Below are positions 1 to 10,280 of a DNA stretch of 64,000 nt, piece by piece. The first letter of the stretch is position 1; each line of letters starts with the position of its first letter. The translations under genes were made by a program, and so were the position numbers. The DNA comes from Cyanobacteria bacterium P01_A01_bin.123 (lineage in GTDB: Bacteria; Cyanobacteriota; Cyanobacteriia; Phormidesmidales; Phormidesmidaceae): positions 44,205-108,204 of the forward strand of contig JBCBZT010000026.1 in the NCBI GenBank assembly GCA_039815185.1. Direction: 5' to 3'. The notes under the pieces were generated by a model. That model was not told where the DNA came from and did not search any database. It worked only from the letters and a program-made list of their open reading frames with translations.

Positions 1-108
1 ATTCTGGCTACCTTTCAATTACCCCATCTTCAATAAGCTTTGAGATAATCTGCTTAATTGATCAAAAAATCTTTGTCCGTCAACCTTAATAGGTTGCGTT
101 TTAAAGCG

Positions 109-1347
109 ATGCGTACTCGACTAAAAGTTTTAATAACAATACTCACGGTGTTCCTGTTGATGCCAGCCCCATCTCCAGCGATCGCATTGACCATTCTCTT
201 CCCGACAATCGCGCAAGTCACACCGACCCAGCAATTTACCCCCAGCCAAGCCTTAGAAAGACTCTTTACCCAGCCCACAGTAGAGTCTACCTGGTTTGCC
301 GATCGGTTTTTATCCCAAATTTCAATCGACCAAGTTCAGCAAATTGTCCAAAGCCTATCCCGCAACTTAGGCACATTTCAGCGGGTAGAACCGGTGGACG
401 ATCGCTATCAGTTGGTCTTTGAGCGGGGCATCGTTCCGACCCAGATTCGGCTGAATACAGCAGGGCAAATCACCATGCTGTTTTTCCAGCCACCCCAGTT
501 AGGCAATGTTTCCTTAGATGAGGTCGTTGCAGCCTTTGAGCAACTTCCAGGGCAAGTGCATTTGCTCATTCGTCGAGGCAATGAAACCTTGGCAGCAATC
601 AATCCAGAGACGCCATTAGCAGTCGGGTCAGCCTTCAAGCTGGTGGTCTTGCAGGCCCTAGAGCAGCAAATTGCCGCCGGAACCTACAGATGGGATCAGG
701 TGATTGTCCTTGATCCAGCTTGGCAAAGTTTGCCCAGCGGGATTTTGCAACGTTGGCCTGCCGATACGCCGCTGACGGTGCAAACCCTAGCAACACTGAT
801 GATTTCCCTGAGCGACAACACCGCTACTGATGCGTTGATTAACCTGGTCGGCACCGATGCCATTGAAGCCTTGAGTCCCCGCAATCAGCCCTTCCTCACG
901 ACTCGAGCCGCCTTTACGCTCAAAAATCCAGCCAATCAAGCGCTGCTCGATCGCTATCTACAAGCAGGAGAATCTGAGCGGCGATCGCTGCTGGCGACCG
1001 TCACCGACTATCCCCTGCCAGCGGTTGAACTCTTTACCGATCAGCCCCTGGTTCCTGAAATTGAGTGGTTTTTTACCGCCACAGAGCTTTGCGACGCGAT
1101 CGCCACCGTCGCCGACCTCCCCCCTGTGCATGTCGAACCGGGATTGGCCGATCCGGCTGACTGGATCCAAATCGCCTACAAAGGCGGTTCAGAACCAGGA
1201 GTGCTCAATTTCACGACCCACCTCACGACCGACAACGGCAGCACCTATTGCATTACCGCTACCTGGAATCGAGATACGGCATTGGACGAGGCACAGTTTG
1301 CGGGGTTGTATCAAAGTGCGATCGCAGTGTTAAAGACCGAGGATTGA
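109..1347 (+). CDS. Secreted serine hydrolase, class A beta-lactamase-like, with N-terminal Cpe/LpqF-type domain
   Basis: SxxK (GSAFK), SDN (SLSDNTA) and KGGSEPG motifs; hydrophobic N-terminal signal. ATG at 109 preferred over TTG at 58. Confidence 0.8.
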   Translation: MRTRLKVLITILTVFLLMPAPSPAIALTILFPTIAQVTPTQQFTPSQALERLFTQPTVESTWFADRFLSQISIDQVQQIVQSLSRNLGTFQRVEPVDDRYQLVFERGIVPTQIRLNTAGQITMLFFQPPQLGNVSLDEVVAAFEQLPGQVHLLIRRGNETLAAINPETPLAVGSAFKLVVLQALEQQIAAGTYRWDQVIVLDPAWQSLPSGILQRWPADTPLTVQTLATLMISLSDNTATDALINLVGTDAIEALSPRNQPFLTTRAAFTLKNPANQALLDRYLQAGESERRSLLATVTDYPLPAVELFTDQPLVPEIEWFFTATELCDAIATVADLPPVHVEPGLADPADWIQIAYKGGSEPGVLNFTTHLTTDNGSTYCITATWNRDTALDEAQFAGLYQSAIAVLKTED

Positions 1348-1676
1348 AGTTTTAGTCGCCATCCCCGACGATACATTCCCAACCATTCCATTATTTACAG
1401 TAGATGATCTGCCTGCCAGTGGGTCGAGTTTGATCTACCTTGGTGTAAAAGCAGGGCTATTTTACAGTGTATTGTTGCGCTCGAAGGGGAATGGGACTGC
1501 AACATCTCCCAAAGGTTGAAAACCCGGAAGCATTCTTAAATGCAAACCCTAAGTGCAAAGCTGAAGGGGAGTGGATTCAGGCTTGGTTTGCGCTTCGACA
1601 GTTTGCGCCATCTCATCGACCCTTGCCCTACCATGGTTTACTAAAGCACATGGTCTCTGAGATGAAAGGGTTGACG

Positions 1677-3503
1677 ATGGAGTTTAAGGTGAAACAACGG
1701 TTAAGCGCGATCGCCCGTCATGGGCAAATCTTTGCTAAACAAGGGTTGCTGTGGGGGATAGTGGCTGTAGTCGCGATCGCGCTTTCAGGGTGCAGCCTTG
1801 AGCAATTTCGCGTCGCCGAAGCAGCCCAAGGGACTCAGATGATCGCTGCCTTTTCTGAAAACCCCAAGACCTTCAATGCAGCCCTCAGTGCTGAAATTCC
1901 TAATGTTTTTTACTATTTCACCTATGAAGGACTGCTGACTGAAAACAAGATTACAGCAGAACTCGAACCTGGCCTGGCTGAATCCTGGGAAGTGTCCGAC
2001 GACAATCTGAGCTTGGCATTCACCCTGCGCGAGGGATTGAAATGGTCTGATGGCGAACCGCTCACCGCCGAAGACTTTGTTTTTACAATCAACGACGTTT
2101 ATCTCAACGAAGCGATTCCGGCAAATGGTCGAGATGGCCTGCGAGTGGGTGAACAGGGTCTATTTCCAGAGGTCTCGGCAGTCGATGAACGCACCATCAT
2201 GATCGTCTCTCCCGAGCCGTTTGCCCCCCTAGTCAGAACCATTGGCCTCTCCTCCCCGCTCCCTAAGCATGCACTCGAAGACGCTGTTAAAGAGGTGGAT
2301 TCATCTGGAGAACCCCGTTTTAATAGCACTTGGAGCATTAATGCCGATCCCCGCGAAGTGGTCTGCAATGGCCCATATGTGATCTCAGATTATGCACCAG
2401 GGGAACGAGTCATCTTTGAACGCAACCCCTACTACTGGCGCCAAGATGACCAGGGTAATCCCATGCCCTACATCGATCGCATTATCCGCCCGATTATTGA
2501 ATCGTCAGACAATGCGCTGTTGCAGTTTCGCTCTGGCGGGCTGGATGTCGCTGGCGTTGCCCCCAGCAACTACTCTTTACTCAAAAAAGAAGAAGATCGG
2601 GGCAACTTCACCATTCGCATTGGTGGGCCAAACTCGGGCATGTCCTTCATAACCTTCAATCTCAACAAAGGCAGCCGCAACGGCAAACCCTTGATCGATC
2701 CCATCAAGTCAAGTTGGTTTAACCGTAAGGAATTTCGCCAAGCCGTTGCCTATGGTATCGATCGCGGCACCTTGATCAACAATCTCTATCGGGGCATTGG
2801 CGAACCTCAATATTCCCCAATCTCGTTGCAAAGCCCCTATTATCTGTCTCCGGAGGAAGGGCTTAAGGTTTATGAACATGACCCTGACATGGCTAGACAG
2901 TTGCTAGAAAGTGGAGGATTTGAATATGATGGCTCCGGTCAACTGCAGGATGAAGCCGGGAATGCCGTGCGTTTTACTCTCAGCGCCCCGTCCGGTAGCC
3001 CCACGACGGGCAACATCTTGTCTCAGATTAAGCGAGATTTGGGTGCCATTGGCATCCGGGTCGATACACAGGAGATAACTTTCAGCAGCCTGCTCGATAA
3101 AATTGACGACAGTATTGACTGGGAATGTATTTTCCTAGGCTTTACTGGGGGTGTTGAACCCAATGGAGCCTCAAACTTTTGGCAACCCGAAGGACGACTG
3201 CACATCTTTAACCAGATGGCACAACCTGGCCAAGACCCAGTCGAAGGTCGAGAAATATCCGATTGGGAAATGCAGATTGGTCAGCTTTACACCCAAGCTG
3301 CCCAAGAAATGGATGAAGAAAGACGAAAAGCTATCTACGCTGAGTTTCAGCAGATTGCCCTAGAACAGTCGCCCTTGATTTACATGGTCAATCCAATTTC
3401 AATGGCAGCAGTCCGCGATCGCTTCGAGAATATTCAGTTCGCAGCCCTCGACCGCACCCTGTTTTGGAACATCTACGAGGTGAAAGTCAAGGATGAAGAT
3501 TAA
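1677..3503 (+). CDS. Peptide/nickel ABC transporter substrate-binding lipoprotein (family 5, OppA/DppA-like)
   Basis: Lipobox LSGC; family 5 signature LAESWEVSDD..FTLREGLKWSDGEPLTAED; NGPY and ERNPYYW motifs. Start uncertain (ORF opens at 1467). Confidence 0.88.
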   Translation: MEFKVKQRLSAIARHGQIFAKQGLLWGIVAVVAIALSGCSLEQFRVAEAAQGTQMIAAFSENPKTFNAALSAEIPNVFYYFTYEGLLTENKITAELEPGLAESWEVSDDNLSLAFTLREGLKWSDGEPLTAEDFVFTINDVYLNEAIPANGRDGLRVGEQGLFPEVSAVDERTIMIVSPEPFAPLVRTIGLSSPLPKHALEDAVKEVDSSGEPRFNSTWSINADPREVVCNGPYVISDYAPGERVIFERNPYYWRQDDQGNPMPYIDRIIRPIIESSDNALLQFRSGGLDVAGVAPSNYSLLKKEEDRGNFTIRIGGPNSGMSFITFNLNKGSRNGKPLIDPIKSSWFNRKEFRQAVAYGIDRGTLINNLYRGIGEPQYSPISLQSPYYLSPEEGLKVYEHDPDMARQLLESGGFEYDGSGQLQDEAGNAVRFTLSAPSGSPTTGNILSQIKRDLGAIGIRVDTQEITFSSLLDKIDDSIDWECIFLGFTGGVEPNGASNFWQPEGRLHIFNQMAQPGQDPVEGREISDWEMQIGQLYTQAAQEMDEERRKAIYAEFQQIALEQSPLIYMVNPISMAAVRDRFENIQFAALDRTLFWNIYEVKVKDED

Positions 3504-3586
3504 AGGAAAATTGTACGGGCAGATTTAGTCATAAAGCATTGAGCATAGCTGCAAAATAACTTTCAAACCCCGCCCATATCAAACAA

Positions 3587-4930
3587 CTACCCTTCACCAG
3601 TGACTGAAAGGGCGTCTACCCAAACGCGTGGGCATATTCCACCAGGCGTGATCTCAGCTTCCGGTTCCATATAGATAATGGAATTCAGCACATCCTGGAT
3701 GTCCCCAGCCACCGTGGCCGACTCAATGCTGGTTTTCTCACCTTGATGCAGCATCCAGCCGTCAAAAGGCAGCGAGAAAGACCCTTGCAGGGCATTCACG
3801 CCAGCGTGGAGCGCCTGCAACTCATCGATCCAAATCACATTTTCTGCCGACTCAAGGCTCAAGCTGTCGCTCACCGTCTTACCCGGCAATACATGGTAAA
3901 AGTTCGCCCCAACACTAACTTTGGCCCCAATGCTGGCATGGCCTGTGGGTTTAGCCTTGAGTCGTTTGGCTGTCCCTGCACTATGCAAGAAGTTTGCCAG
4001 AATCCCATCCGTAATCAGGGGCAGTCGCCGGGTTGGGGTGCCTTCGCCATCGAAGGTTTCAGCTGAAATATTCTCCGGGTGTAGCGCATCATCGTAAACC
4101 GTCAGCAGCGGTGAGGCAACTTGCGTCCCTAACGACTCAGGCGTAGACAAACTACGCTTATCTAAAATGCTCTGGGCATTAAACAGATTAGAAAACGCGC
4201 TCAGCAAGCTGAGAAACGCCTCAGCAGAAAATACCACCGGGTACTTGCCAGACTGGATTTTTTCATAGTTGAGGTGGCTAATGATTTTATCCGCGGCTTC
4301 TTTGAGGCAACCTGCAGTATCCAGTTGTGACAGCCCACTTTGGATACGCATGGCTCCTGCTGCTCGAGGTTTGCGGCCCTCTTGTTCAGTTTTGCCATAC
4401 AGATAAATCGAGGCGTAGGTGCGGGCCTCCTGGCGCAGGGCACCATTACTATTGAGATAAAATCGCTCAATATCTCGTTGGGCTAAGCCGTTATAGGGCA
4501 CACTCGCGATCGCGTCGTGAGCTTCCAACAGCGTTTTCTCCGCCGCCACCAGTTTTTCAATCAAGTTCGAGACAGGAGCCTGGGGTTGCGATTCCACCTC
4601 AACATTAGCCGTGGGCGCAGTGGCTTCTGGGCTAAAGTCAGGGACATGCTCCTTAGCCCCAAAATCACTGGCTTCTTGGGCAGTTTTCAGCGCCAACTCT
4701 AACCCGGTCGTATCTAAATCCGTCGTGGTGGTCACCCCCAAGCGATCGTCATTATTCCACACCCGCACAATCACGCTAGAGCGGTTGGAAGCTTTAACTT
4801 GCTTGGGTTCCCCTCTATCTACCTGCACGCTGGTTTCGTCTACAGACGATCCGTAAATGTCGTATTTAGCAATTCCTAGCTTCTTCGCTGTGGTTTCGGC
4901 TTGAGCCGCAATATCTTGGATCTGCGTCAT
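3587..4930 (-). CDS. tldE: TldE/PmbA family protein
   Basis: FDGEGTP motif, no HExxxH, C-terminal TVAGD; lies directly downstream of tldD. Confidence 0.9.
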   Translation of the reverse strand: MTQIQDIAAQAETTAKKLGIAKYDIYGSSVDETSVQVDRGEPKQVKASNRSSVIVRVWNNDDRLGVTTTTDLDTTGLELALKTAQEASDFGAKEHVPDFSPEATAPTANVEVESQPQAPVSNLIEKLVAAEKTLLEAHDAIASVPYNGLAQRDIERFYLNSNGALRQEARTYASIYLYGKTEQEGRKPRAAGAMRIQSGLSQLDTAGCLKEAADKIISHLNYEKIQSGKYPVVFSAEAFLSLLSAFSNLFNAQSILDKRSLSTPESLGTQVASPLLTVYDDALHPENISAETFDGEGTPTRRLPLITDGILANFLHSAGTAKRLKAKPTGHASIGAKVSVGANFYHVLPGKTVSDSLSLESAENVIWIDELQALHAGVNALQGSFSLPFDGWMLHQGEKTSIESATVAGDIQDVLNSIIYMEPEAEITPGGICPRVWVDALSVTGEG

Positions 4931-4932
4931 GG

Positions 4933-6417
4933 TTATCGTCCTCCCACGGTAATCGCATCCACTTTTAGGTGGGGTTGACCCACGGTCACATAAATACTGC
5001 CGCTAACCGAGCCACAAAAGCCCGGTGCCAGACCCAAATCATTGGAGCACATGGAAATCCGATCCATAATTTCGGTTGCTTCACCAATCAGCGTTGCGCC
5101 CTTCAAGGGCTTGGTCAGCTTACCATTCTCAATCAGATAGGCTTCACTCACCGCGAAATTGAATTGCCCCGTTGGCCCGACGCTACCGCCGCCCATTTTC
5201 TTGCAGTAAATGCCTTTGTCAATGGAGGCGAACAAGTCATCAATACTGTGCTCACCCGGTGCGATATAGGTATTACGCATGCGAGATGCCGCAGCATAGG
5301 TATAGCTTTGCCGTCGGCCACTGCCCGTGCGCGGGTGTCCAGTCCTCATAGAACCCGCTCGATCGGACAGGAAATTCTTCAACACGCCGTTTTCAATCAG
5401 CAGGGTACGTTGGGCAGGCATCCCCTCATCGTCCATGTCAATGGTGCCAAACTCATCGTCGGTTAATCCCTCATCCCAGGCGGTAAGGTTTTCGTGGGCG
5501 ATTTTTTCACCCTTTTTATCCATAAAAGGCGTTGTCCCCCGTTCGATTTGGGTGGTTTCGAGCAGGTGACCGCAAGCTTCATGGAAAATGACGCCGCCAA
5601 AGTGATTAGCCATCACAATTGGGTAGGTGCCCGACTCAACGTAGTCGGCATAAAGCATTTTGCCCGCCGCCTCAGAGACCTGATCGGCGGTGTCGTTATA
5701 GTCCCAAGTTCTCAGGAAGGCTGGATCGCTAGTATCGCCTACCCGCTGCCCAATGGAAGAGCGATGGCTACCATCGGCACACAACAAGTTGTAGCCAACC
5801 GATTGGGTGAGGCGAATGTCACGGGCGAAAGTGCCGTCACTAGAGGCCACCAGTACCTCTTGCCAATCACGGAAATAGGCTGCACGGCGCGACTGGACGT
5901 GGCTAGCCTTTTGCTCCAGAGCAGCGTTGGCCGCCAGCAGCACGTCCCCCATCTCCTGCATTGAGCTGCACTGTGCTAGCCAGGGCTCTTTGTTACGGGC
6001 GATCGCGTAGTCACGCAATAACTCCAAGTTGATTTCTGGCACGTGGGCATTGGGACTGGGTAGCGTCAACCCCATGATCGACAATCCCTTTTCCAAAGCA
6101 GCCTTCAACCCGTTAAAACTCAAGTCATTGGTGCTGACATAACAATCTGCTTTGCCCAAAAATACCCGTACCCCAGCCCCCGTAACTAATCGAGGCGAAA
6201 TGCTGGTAATCGCATCATCCTCAGCCTGGGCACTGATATAGTTGTTGCGCTCTAAGAAAAACTCAATAAAATCTGCCCCAGCAGCTCGCCCTAGCCCCAA
6301 CAGAGTCGAGAGGGGCTTTTCCCACGACTGATCAAAGCGATCGCGGGTGGCATGGTAGTGCAACGATGGGATCTCCTTAGACCGGAGAAATATAGGAGAG
6401 GGGGTAGCCAGAGTCAT
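4933..6417 (-). CDS. tldD: TldD family metalloprotease
   Basis: HEACGH zinc motif, DDEG, RMRNT and GFCG..VGQP motifs. ATG at 6417 (MTLATP) preferred. Confidence 0.92.
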   Translation of the reverse strand: MTLATPSPIFLRSKEIPSLHYHATRDRFDQSWEKPLSTLLGLGRAAGADFIEFFLERNNYISAQAEDDAITSISPRLVTGAGVRVFLGKADCYVSTNDLSFNGLKAALEKGLSIMGLTLPSPNAHVPEINLELLRDYAIARNKEPWLAQCSSMQEMGDVLLAANAALEQKASHVQSRRAAYFRDWQEVLVASSDGTFARDIRLTQSVGYNLLCADGSHRSSIGQRVGDTSDPAFLRTWDYNDTADQVSEAAGKMLYADYVESGTYPIVMANHFGGVIFHEACGHLLETTQIERGTTPFMDKKGEKIAHENLTAWDEGLTDDEFGTIDMDDEGMPAQRTLLIENGVLKNFLSDRAGSMRTGHPRTGSGRRQSYTYAAASRMRNTYIAPGEHSIDDLFASIDKGIYCKKMGGGSVGPTGQFNFAVSEAYLIENGKLTKPLKGATLIGEATEIMDRISMCSNDLGLAPGFCGSVSGSIYVTVGQPHLKVDAITVGGR

Positions 6418-6643
6418 GCAATCCTTATTCCTTAAGTGAATAGACGCAATTATTTCAGGTCTTCTCAGTCTAACAAACTGTTGAGAGATGAGAGAAACCG
6501 CGTAGGGCATCCCGCTATAAAGCTCATTGAAAAAGCTCAACTAACCCGTCAAAAGAAGAATATCGTATCTTTACAGCCGAGCTTGATTGAGCACTCCATC
6601 TCACATCCCAGTTTTTTCAACACCCTACGTATTTTTTCTTAGA

Positions 6644-6761
6644 CTAGATAGAATCACTTAACTTTGTCTAATGGACAATCACCCTAAAAAGTGCTTTTTC
6701 TCGAGAAAAAAAATTTAGCCAGTGATCTCCTAAGAATTTATCCCTAGATAGAATTACTTAA
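6644..6761. promoter_or_regulatory. 18-bp direct repeat CTAGATAGAAT(C/T)ACTTAA, two copies exactly 100 bp apart, in the tldD/NRPS divergent intergenic region
   Basis: Copies at 6644-6661 and 6744-6761 match at 17/18 positions; a regulatory role is inferred. Confidence 0.5.
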
Positions 6762-7190
6762 GCTTAGCCAGAAAGCACCTCTAAATTGGCTCAAAAAAAT
6801 ATATTCATAATGATTGAGGAACTCTCAGAGCTTTTCTATTTCAAATACATGCCACTTCACTTCAGTCAATAGAGAAAAGCTCGAAAAAGCGTTCAATTTG
6901 AGTTTTAGAGAATCCGTCATATGGCTTAGTCAATCCCCGAATCCGCTGGGAATGATCAGATTGGAGCACCTTTGGTATAGGTTCAATCTCATTCTGGATT
7001 TTTCATAAATTTTTGATCTAATTAAATTTTGGCGATTTTCAAAGATCAGAAATATGAGTCTATATAAACGTGAGACCATGCTTTAACCCTGGGCATCAAC
7101 TTTAGTTCTTACAGGATGTCGAGAAGTTTATGCTCTTCAAAATCATCAGGCTGTGGTTTGTTTCTAATTAGGTTGTTGGACAATGGGGAA

Positions 7191-10100
7191 ATGGATTCAT
7201 TTAAGCATAATAATCAGTTTGAAGGCGTACATGTCTGGTTTGAACAGCAAGTTGATAAGGCTCCAGACGCGATCGCTATTGTGTCTGGCATGCAGCAATA
7301 TAGCTATCGAGAACTTAATCACCAGGCGAATCAATTAGCAAGATATCTAAAAAAGTTAGATGTTAAGCCAGAAACACTGATCGGCATCTGCGTAGAGCGA
7401 TCGCCAATTATGATAGTTGCGCTATTAGCCGTGCTAAAAGCTGGTGGTGCATACGTCCCTATTGACCCGACGTACCCTAGAGAAAGAGTCACTCTGATGC
7501 TGGAAGACTCACAGGTACCAATCGTTCTAACCCAGCAACAACATATCTCCAATCTGCCTACCCCCAAAGCCACCATTGTTTGTCTAGATACAGACTGGCC
7601 GGTCATTGCTGAAGAAAAAACAGCCAATTTAGACACAGCAATTACTAGCGACAATTTGGCCTACATCATCTATACCTCCGGCTCTACAGGTAAACCGAAA
7701 GGGGTAATGATCGAGCACCACGCTTTGGCAAATTTCGTTCAGGCGATTGGTCGGAACTACGAGATCATCGCAACTGATCGGGTCTTGCAATTTGCGTCTG
7801 TCAGCTTTGATGTAGCAGTTGAAGAAATCTTTGTCACCTTAGCCAAAGGGGCGACCCTGATCCTACGCTCTCAAGACATGCTGCGGTCTATTCCAGCATT
7901 TCTGGAAACCTGTAAAGCATGGGACTTAACAGTTCTGAATTTACCCACTGCCTTCTGGCACAAAATTTGTGCTGAATTACCCCAGACCGAAATTCCAACC
8001 TGTGTAAGGCTAGTCGTCATTGGTAGCGAACGTGCCATACCCCGTTGGCTGACGATCTGGCAGCAGCATGCCCCAAATCATGTTCGTCTCATCAATGCCT
8101 ATGGTCCAACTGAGGCTACCGTAGGGTCAACTTTATGTGATTTAGCTGGCCCCCATGCGGTAGACACAACCGATAAACGGATACTACCTATTGGTAAACC
8201 GATTGACCACGTACAAATTTACGTCCTGAATCCAGACCTCCAGCCTGTTGGGGTTGGCGTCACTGGTGAGTTATACATTGCTGGGGCAGGGCTAGCTCGT
8301 GGGTACTTAAATCGCCCTGATCTGACTGCCGTTCGCTTTATCTATATGCAATGTGGAGAGGGGCAAATTCGTCTCTATAGGACGGGTGATTTAGTTCGTT
8401 ATCGCGAAGACGGTCACCTCGAATTCCTTGGCCGAAGCGATCATCAGGAAAAAATTCGCGGCTTTCGCATTGAGTTAAATGAAATCGAAACCATCCTGGA
8501 ACAACATTCAAACGTACAGCAGGCGCTGGTTCTGGCGCGGGAAGATGTTCCAGGGGATAAGCGGCTGGTAGCCTATATCGTACTGGCCTCATCCGTATCC
8601 ACTGGCAACCTGCTTGATAAACCAAAGCATCGTTTGGTACCCCATCTCCGCTCTTATCTGCGCGGCAAACTACCCAGTTACATGGTGCCTTCATCATTCG
8701 TGTTACTGAATAGTCTGCCTCTCAGTCCAAATGGCAAGGTTGATCGGCGAGCCCTACCGGCACCTACTGCAGCACGTCCTGCCCTAGATGAAATCTATGT
8801 TGCCCCTTGCACACCACTAGAGCAAACATTGGCTCAACTTTGGTCAGCAGTATTAGGCATCGCTGAAATTGGGGTGAACGACAACTTTTTTGAGCTAGGG
8901 GGTGACTCGCTGCAAACAACCCAGCTCATTTCTCAGATTGAAAAGAACCATCAGGTCGTTATCCCGCTTCTTGACTTTTTCAAAATACCAACCATTAGGG
9001 GACTGGCCATCCTCATTCAGGAAGTTCGGACAGATCAGCAAGTATCTACTGAACATATGACTCTGCCGCAACTGCAAGCACAGGTTGTGCTAGAGGCATC
9101 TATTCAACCGCAATACCTTGCGGAAACAGCAGCCGAGCCCAAAGCCATTTTTCTAACAGGTAGTACTGGATTCGTCGGAGCATTTCTCCTACATGAACTC
9201 CTGCAGCAAACCCAGGCCAAGGTTTATTGCCTGGTGCGGGCTCGACATTTCTCCGAAGTCCATCAAAAAATCTGCACCACCCTAGAACGCTACTTTAATC
9301 AAGTCGAGACCTACTATTCACGTATTATTCCAGTTATTGGCGACCTAGCTCAGCCCCGATTAGGACTAACAGAGCGACGGTTTCAAGCGTTAGCTGACTC
9401 GATTGATGTCATCTATCACTGTGGTGCGAATGTCAATTTGCTTTATCCTTACACAGCCTTGCACAGTACCAATGTAATCGGCACCCATGAGATTTTGAGG
9501 CTGGCAAGTTACGGTCAACCCAAACGTCTCCACTATCTCTCCACCCTGGATGTCTTTGAGTCAGTGGCGAAAACAGGGGTAAAAGTTTTCCATGAGAATG
9601 ACAGCATTGATCGCGGTCAGGGCATCTCTAGCGGCTATGCTCAGAGCAAATGGATTGCCGAGCAGCTCGTGAAGCGAGCTGCCGAACGAGGTTTATCAGT
9701 CTGCATTTATCGACCGGGAATGGTAACAGGGCATAGTCAGAGCGGTCACTCGAACACCGCCGACGTGCTCTGTCGTTTTGTGAAGAGTATGATCCAACTC
9801 CGGCAAGCTCCAGATTTAGATCTGATGCTAGATATGACCCCAGTGGATTATGTGAGCCGGGCAATTGTGCAGCTTTCGTTACAGTCTGAACTATCAGGAC
9901 AAACCTTTCATCTGGTTAACCCTAACCCTCTAGCCTTATCCCAGCTCGTAAATGTGCTATGTACCAGAGGCTTCCCGATTCAGCGGGCTCCCTACTTGCA
10001 GTGGCAGGCCAAGCTCAAACTAGAACCCAATGCCCTCAGTCCGTTGGCTGCGCTCTTAACACAAGCAAACGAAGACGATCAGCGCACTGGCCTAGAAATG

Positions 10101-10280
10101 TGGCTTGGCGGCAGCGATCAGTTTGACTGCACCAACACACACCAAGGCTTACAAAACTCTATTACCTGTCCTTCTGCCAACCCAAAGCTAGTAGACACCT
10201 ATCTCAACTATTTCATCCAGAGTGGCTTTATCCAGGCTACATCTGCTTACTCCGTCTCTACTTCCTTACCCAGTGAATGA
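7191..10280 (+). CDS. Monomodular NRPS-like enzyme: adenylation, thiolation, thioester reductase (A-T-R); no condensation domain
   Basis: A-domain cores YTSGSTGKPKG, NAYGPTE, GELYIAGAGLARGYL, YRTGD, KIRGFRIEL, NGKVDR; carrier motif FFELGGDSL; reductase motifs LTGSTGFVG and GYAQSKW. Start 7191 or 7116. Confidence 0.95.
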   Translation: MDSFKHNNQFEGVHVWFEQQVDKAPDAIAIVSGMQQYSYRELNHQANQLARYLKKLDVKPETLIGICVERSPIMIVALLAVLKAGGAYVPIDPTYPRERVTLMLEDSQVPIVLTQQQHISNLPTPKATIVCLDTDWPVIAEEKTANLDTAITSDNLAYIIYTSGSTGKPKGVMIEHHALANFVQAIGRNYEIIATDRVLQFASVSFDVAVEEIFVTLAKGATLILRSQDMLRSIPAFLETCKAWDLTVLNLPTAFWHKICAELPQTEIPTCVRLVVIGSERAIPRWLTIWQQHAPNHVRLINAYGPTEATVGSTLCDLAGPHAVDTTDKRILPIGKPIDHVQIYVLNPDLQPVGVGVTGELYIAGAGLARGYLNRPDLTAVRFIYMQCGEGQIRLYRTGDLVRYREDGHLEFLGRSDHQEKIRGFRIELNEIETILEQHSNVQQALVLAREDVPGDKRLVAYIVLASSVSTGNLLDKPKHRLVPHLRSYLRGKLPSYMVPSSFVLLNSLPLSPNGKVDRRALPAPTAARPALDEIYVAPCTPLEQTLAQLWSAVLGIAEIGVNDNFFELGGDSLQTTQLISQIEKNHQVVIPLLDFFKIPTIRGLAILIQEVRTDQQVSTEHMTLPQLQAQVVLEASIQPQYLAETAAEPKAIFLTGSTGFVGAFLLHELLQQTQAKVYCLVRARHFSEVHQKICTTLERYFNQVETYYSRIIPVIGDLAQPRLGLTERRFQALADSIDVIYHCGANVNLLYPYTALHSTNVIGTHEILRLASYGQPKRLHYLSTLDVFESVAKTGVKVFHENDSIDRGQGISSGYAQSKWIAEQLVKRAAERGLSVCIYRPGMVTGHSQSGHSNTADVLCRFVKSMIQLRQAPDLDLMLDMTPVDYVSRAIVQLSLQSELSGQTFHLVNPNPLALSQLVNVLCTRGFPIQRAPYLQWQAKLKLEPNALSPLAALLTQANEDDQRTGLEMWLGGSDQFDCTNTHQGLQNSITCPSANPKLVDTYLNYFIQSGFIQATSAYSVSTSLPSE

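Noticed and set aside
1535..1580. GCAAACC...GCAAAGC resembling a c-di-GMP-I riboswitch
   Set aside because: The spacing is too short for the P2 stem with GNRA loop, and no downstream pairing was found.
3587..6417. tldD/tldE as part of the NRPS cluster or a RiPP pathway
   Set aside because: Widespread housekeeping pair, divergently transcribed, with host-like composition and HIP1 sites; no precursor peptide or YcaO gene seen.
6814..7008. 64-aa ORF upstream of the NRPS as a precursor peptide or MbtH-like protein
   Set aside because: TTG start, no MbtH tryptophan pattern and no leader/core features; probably spurious.
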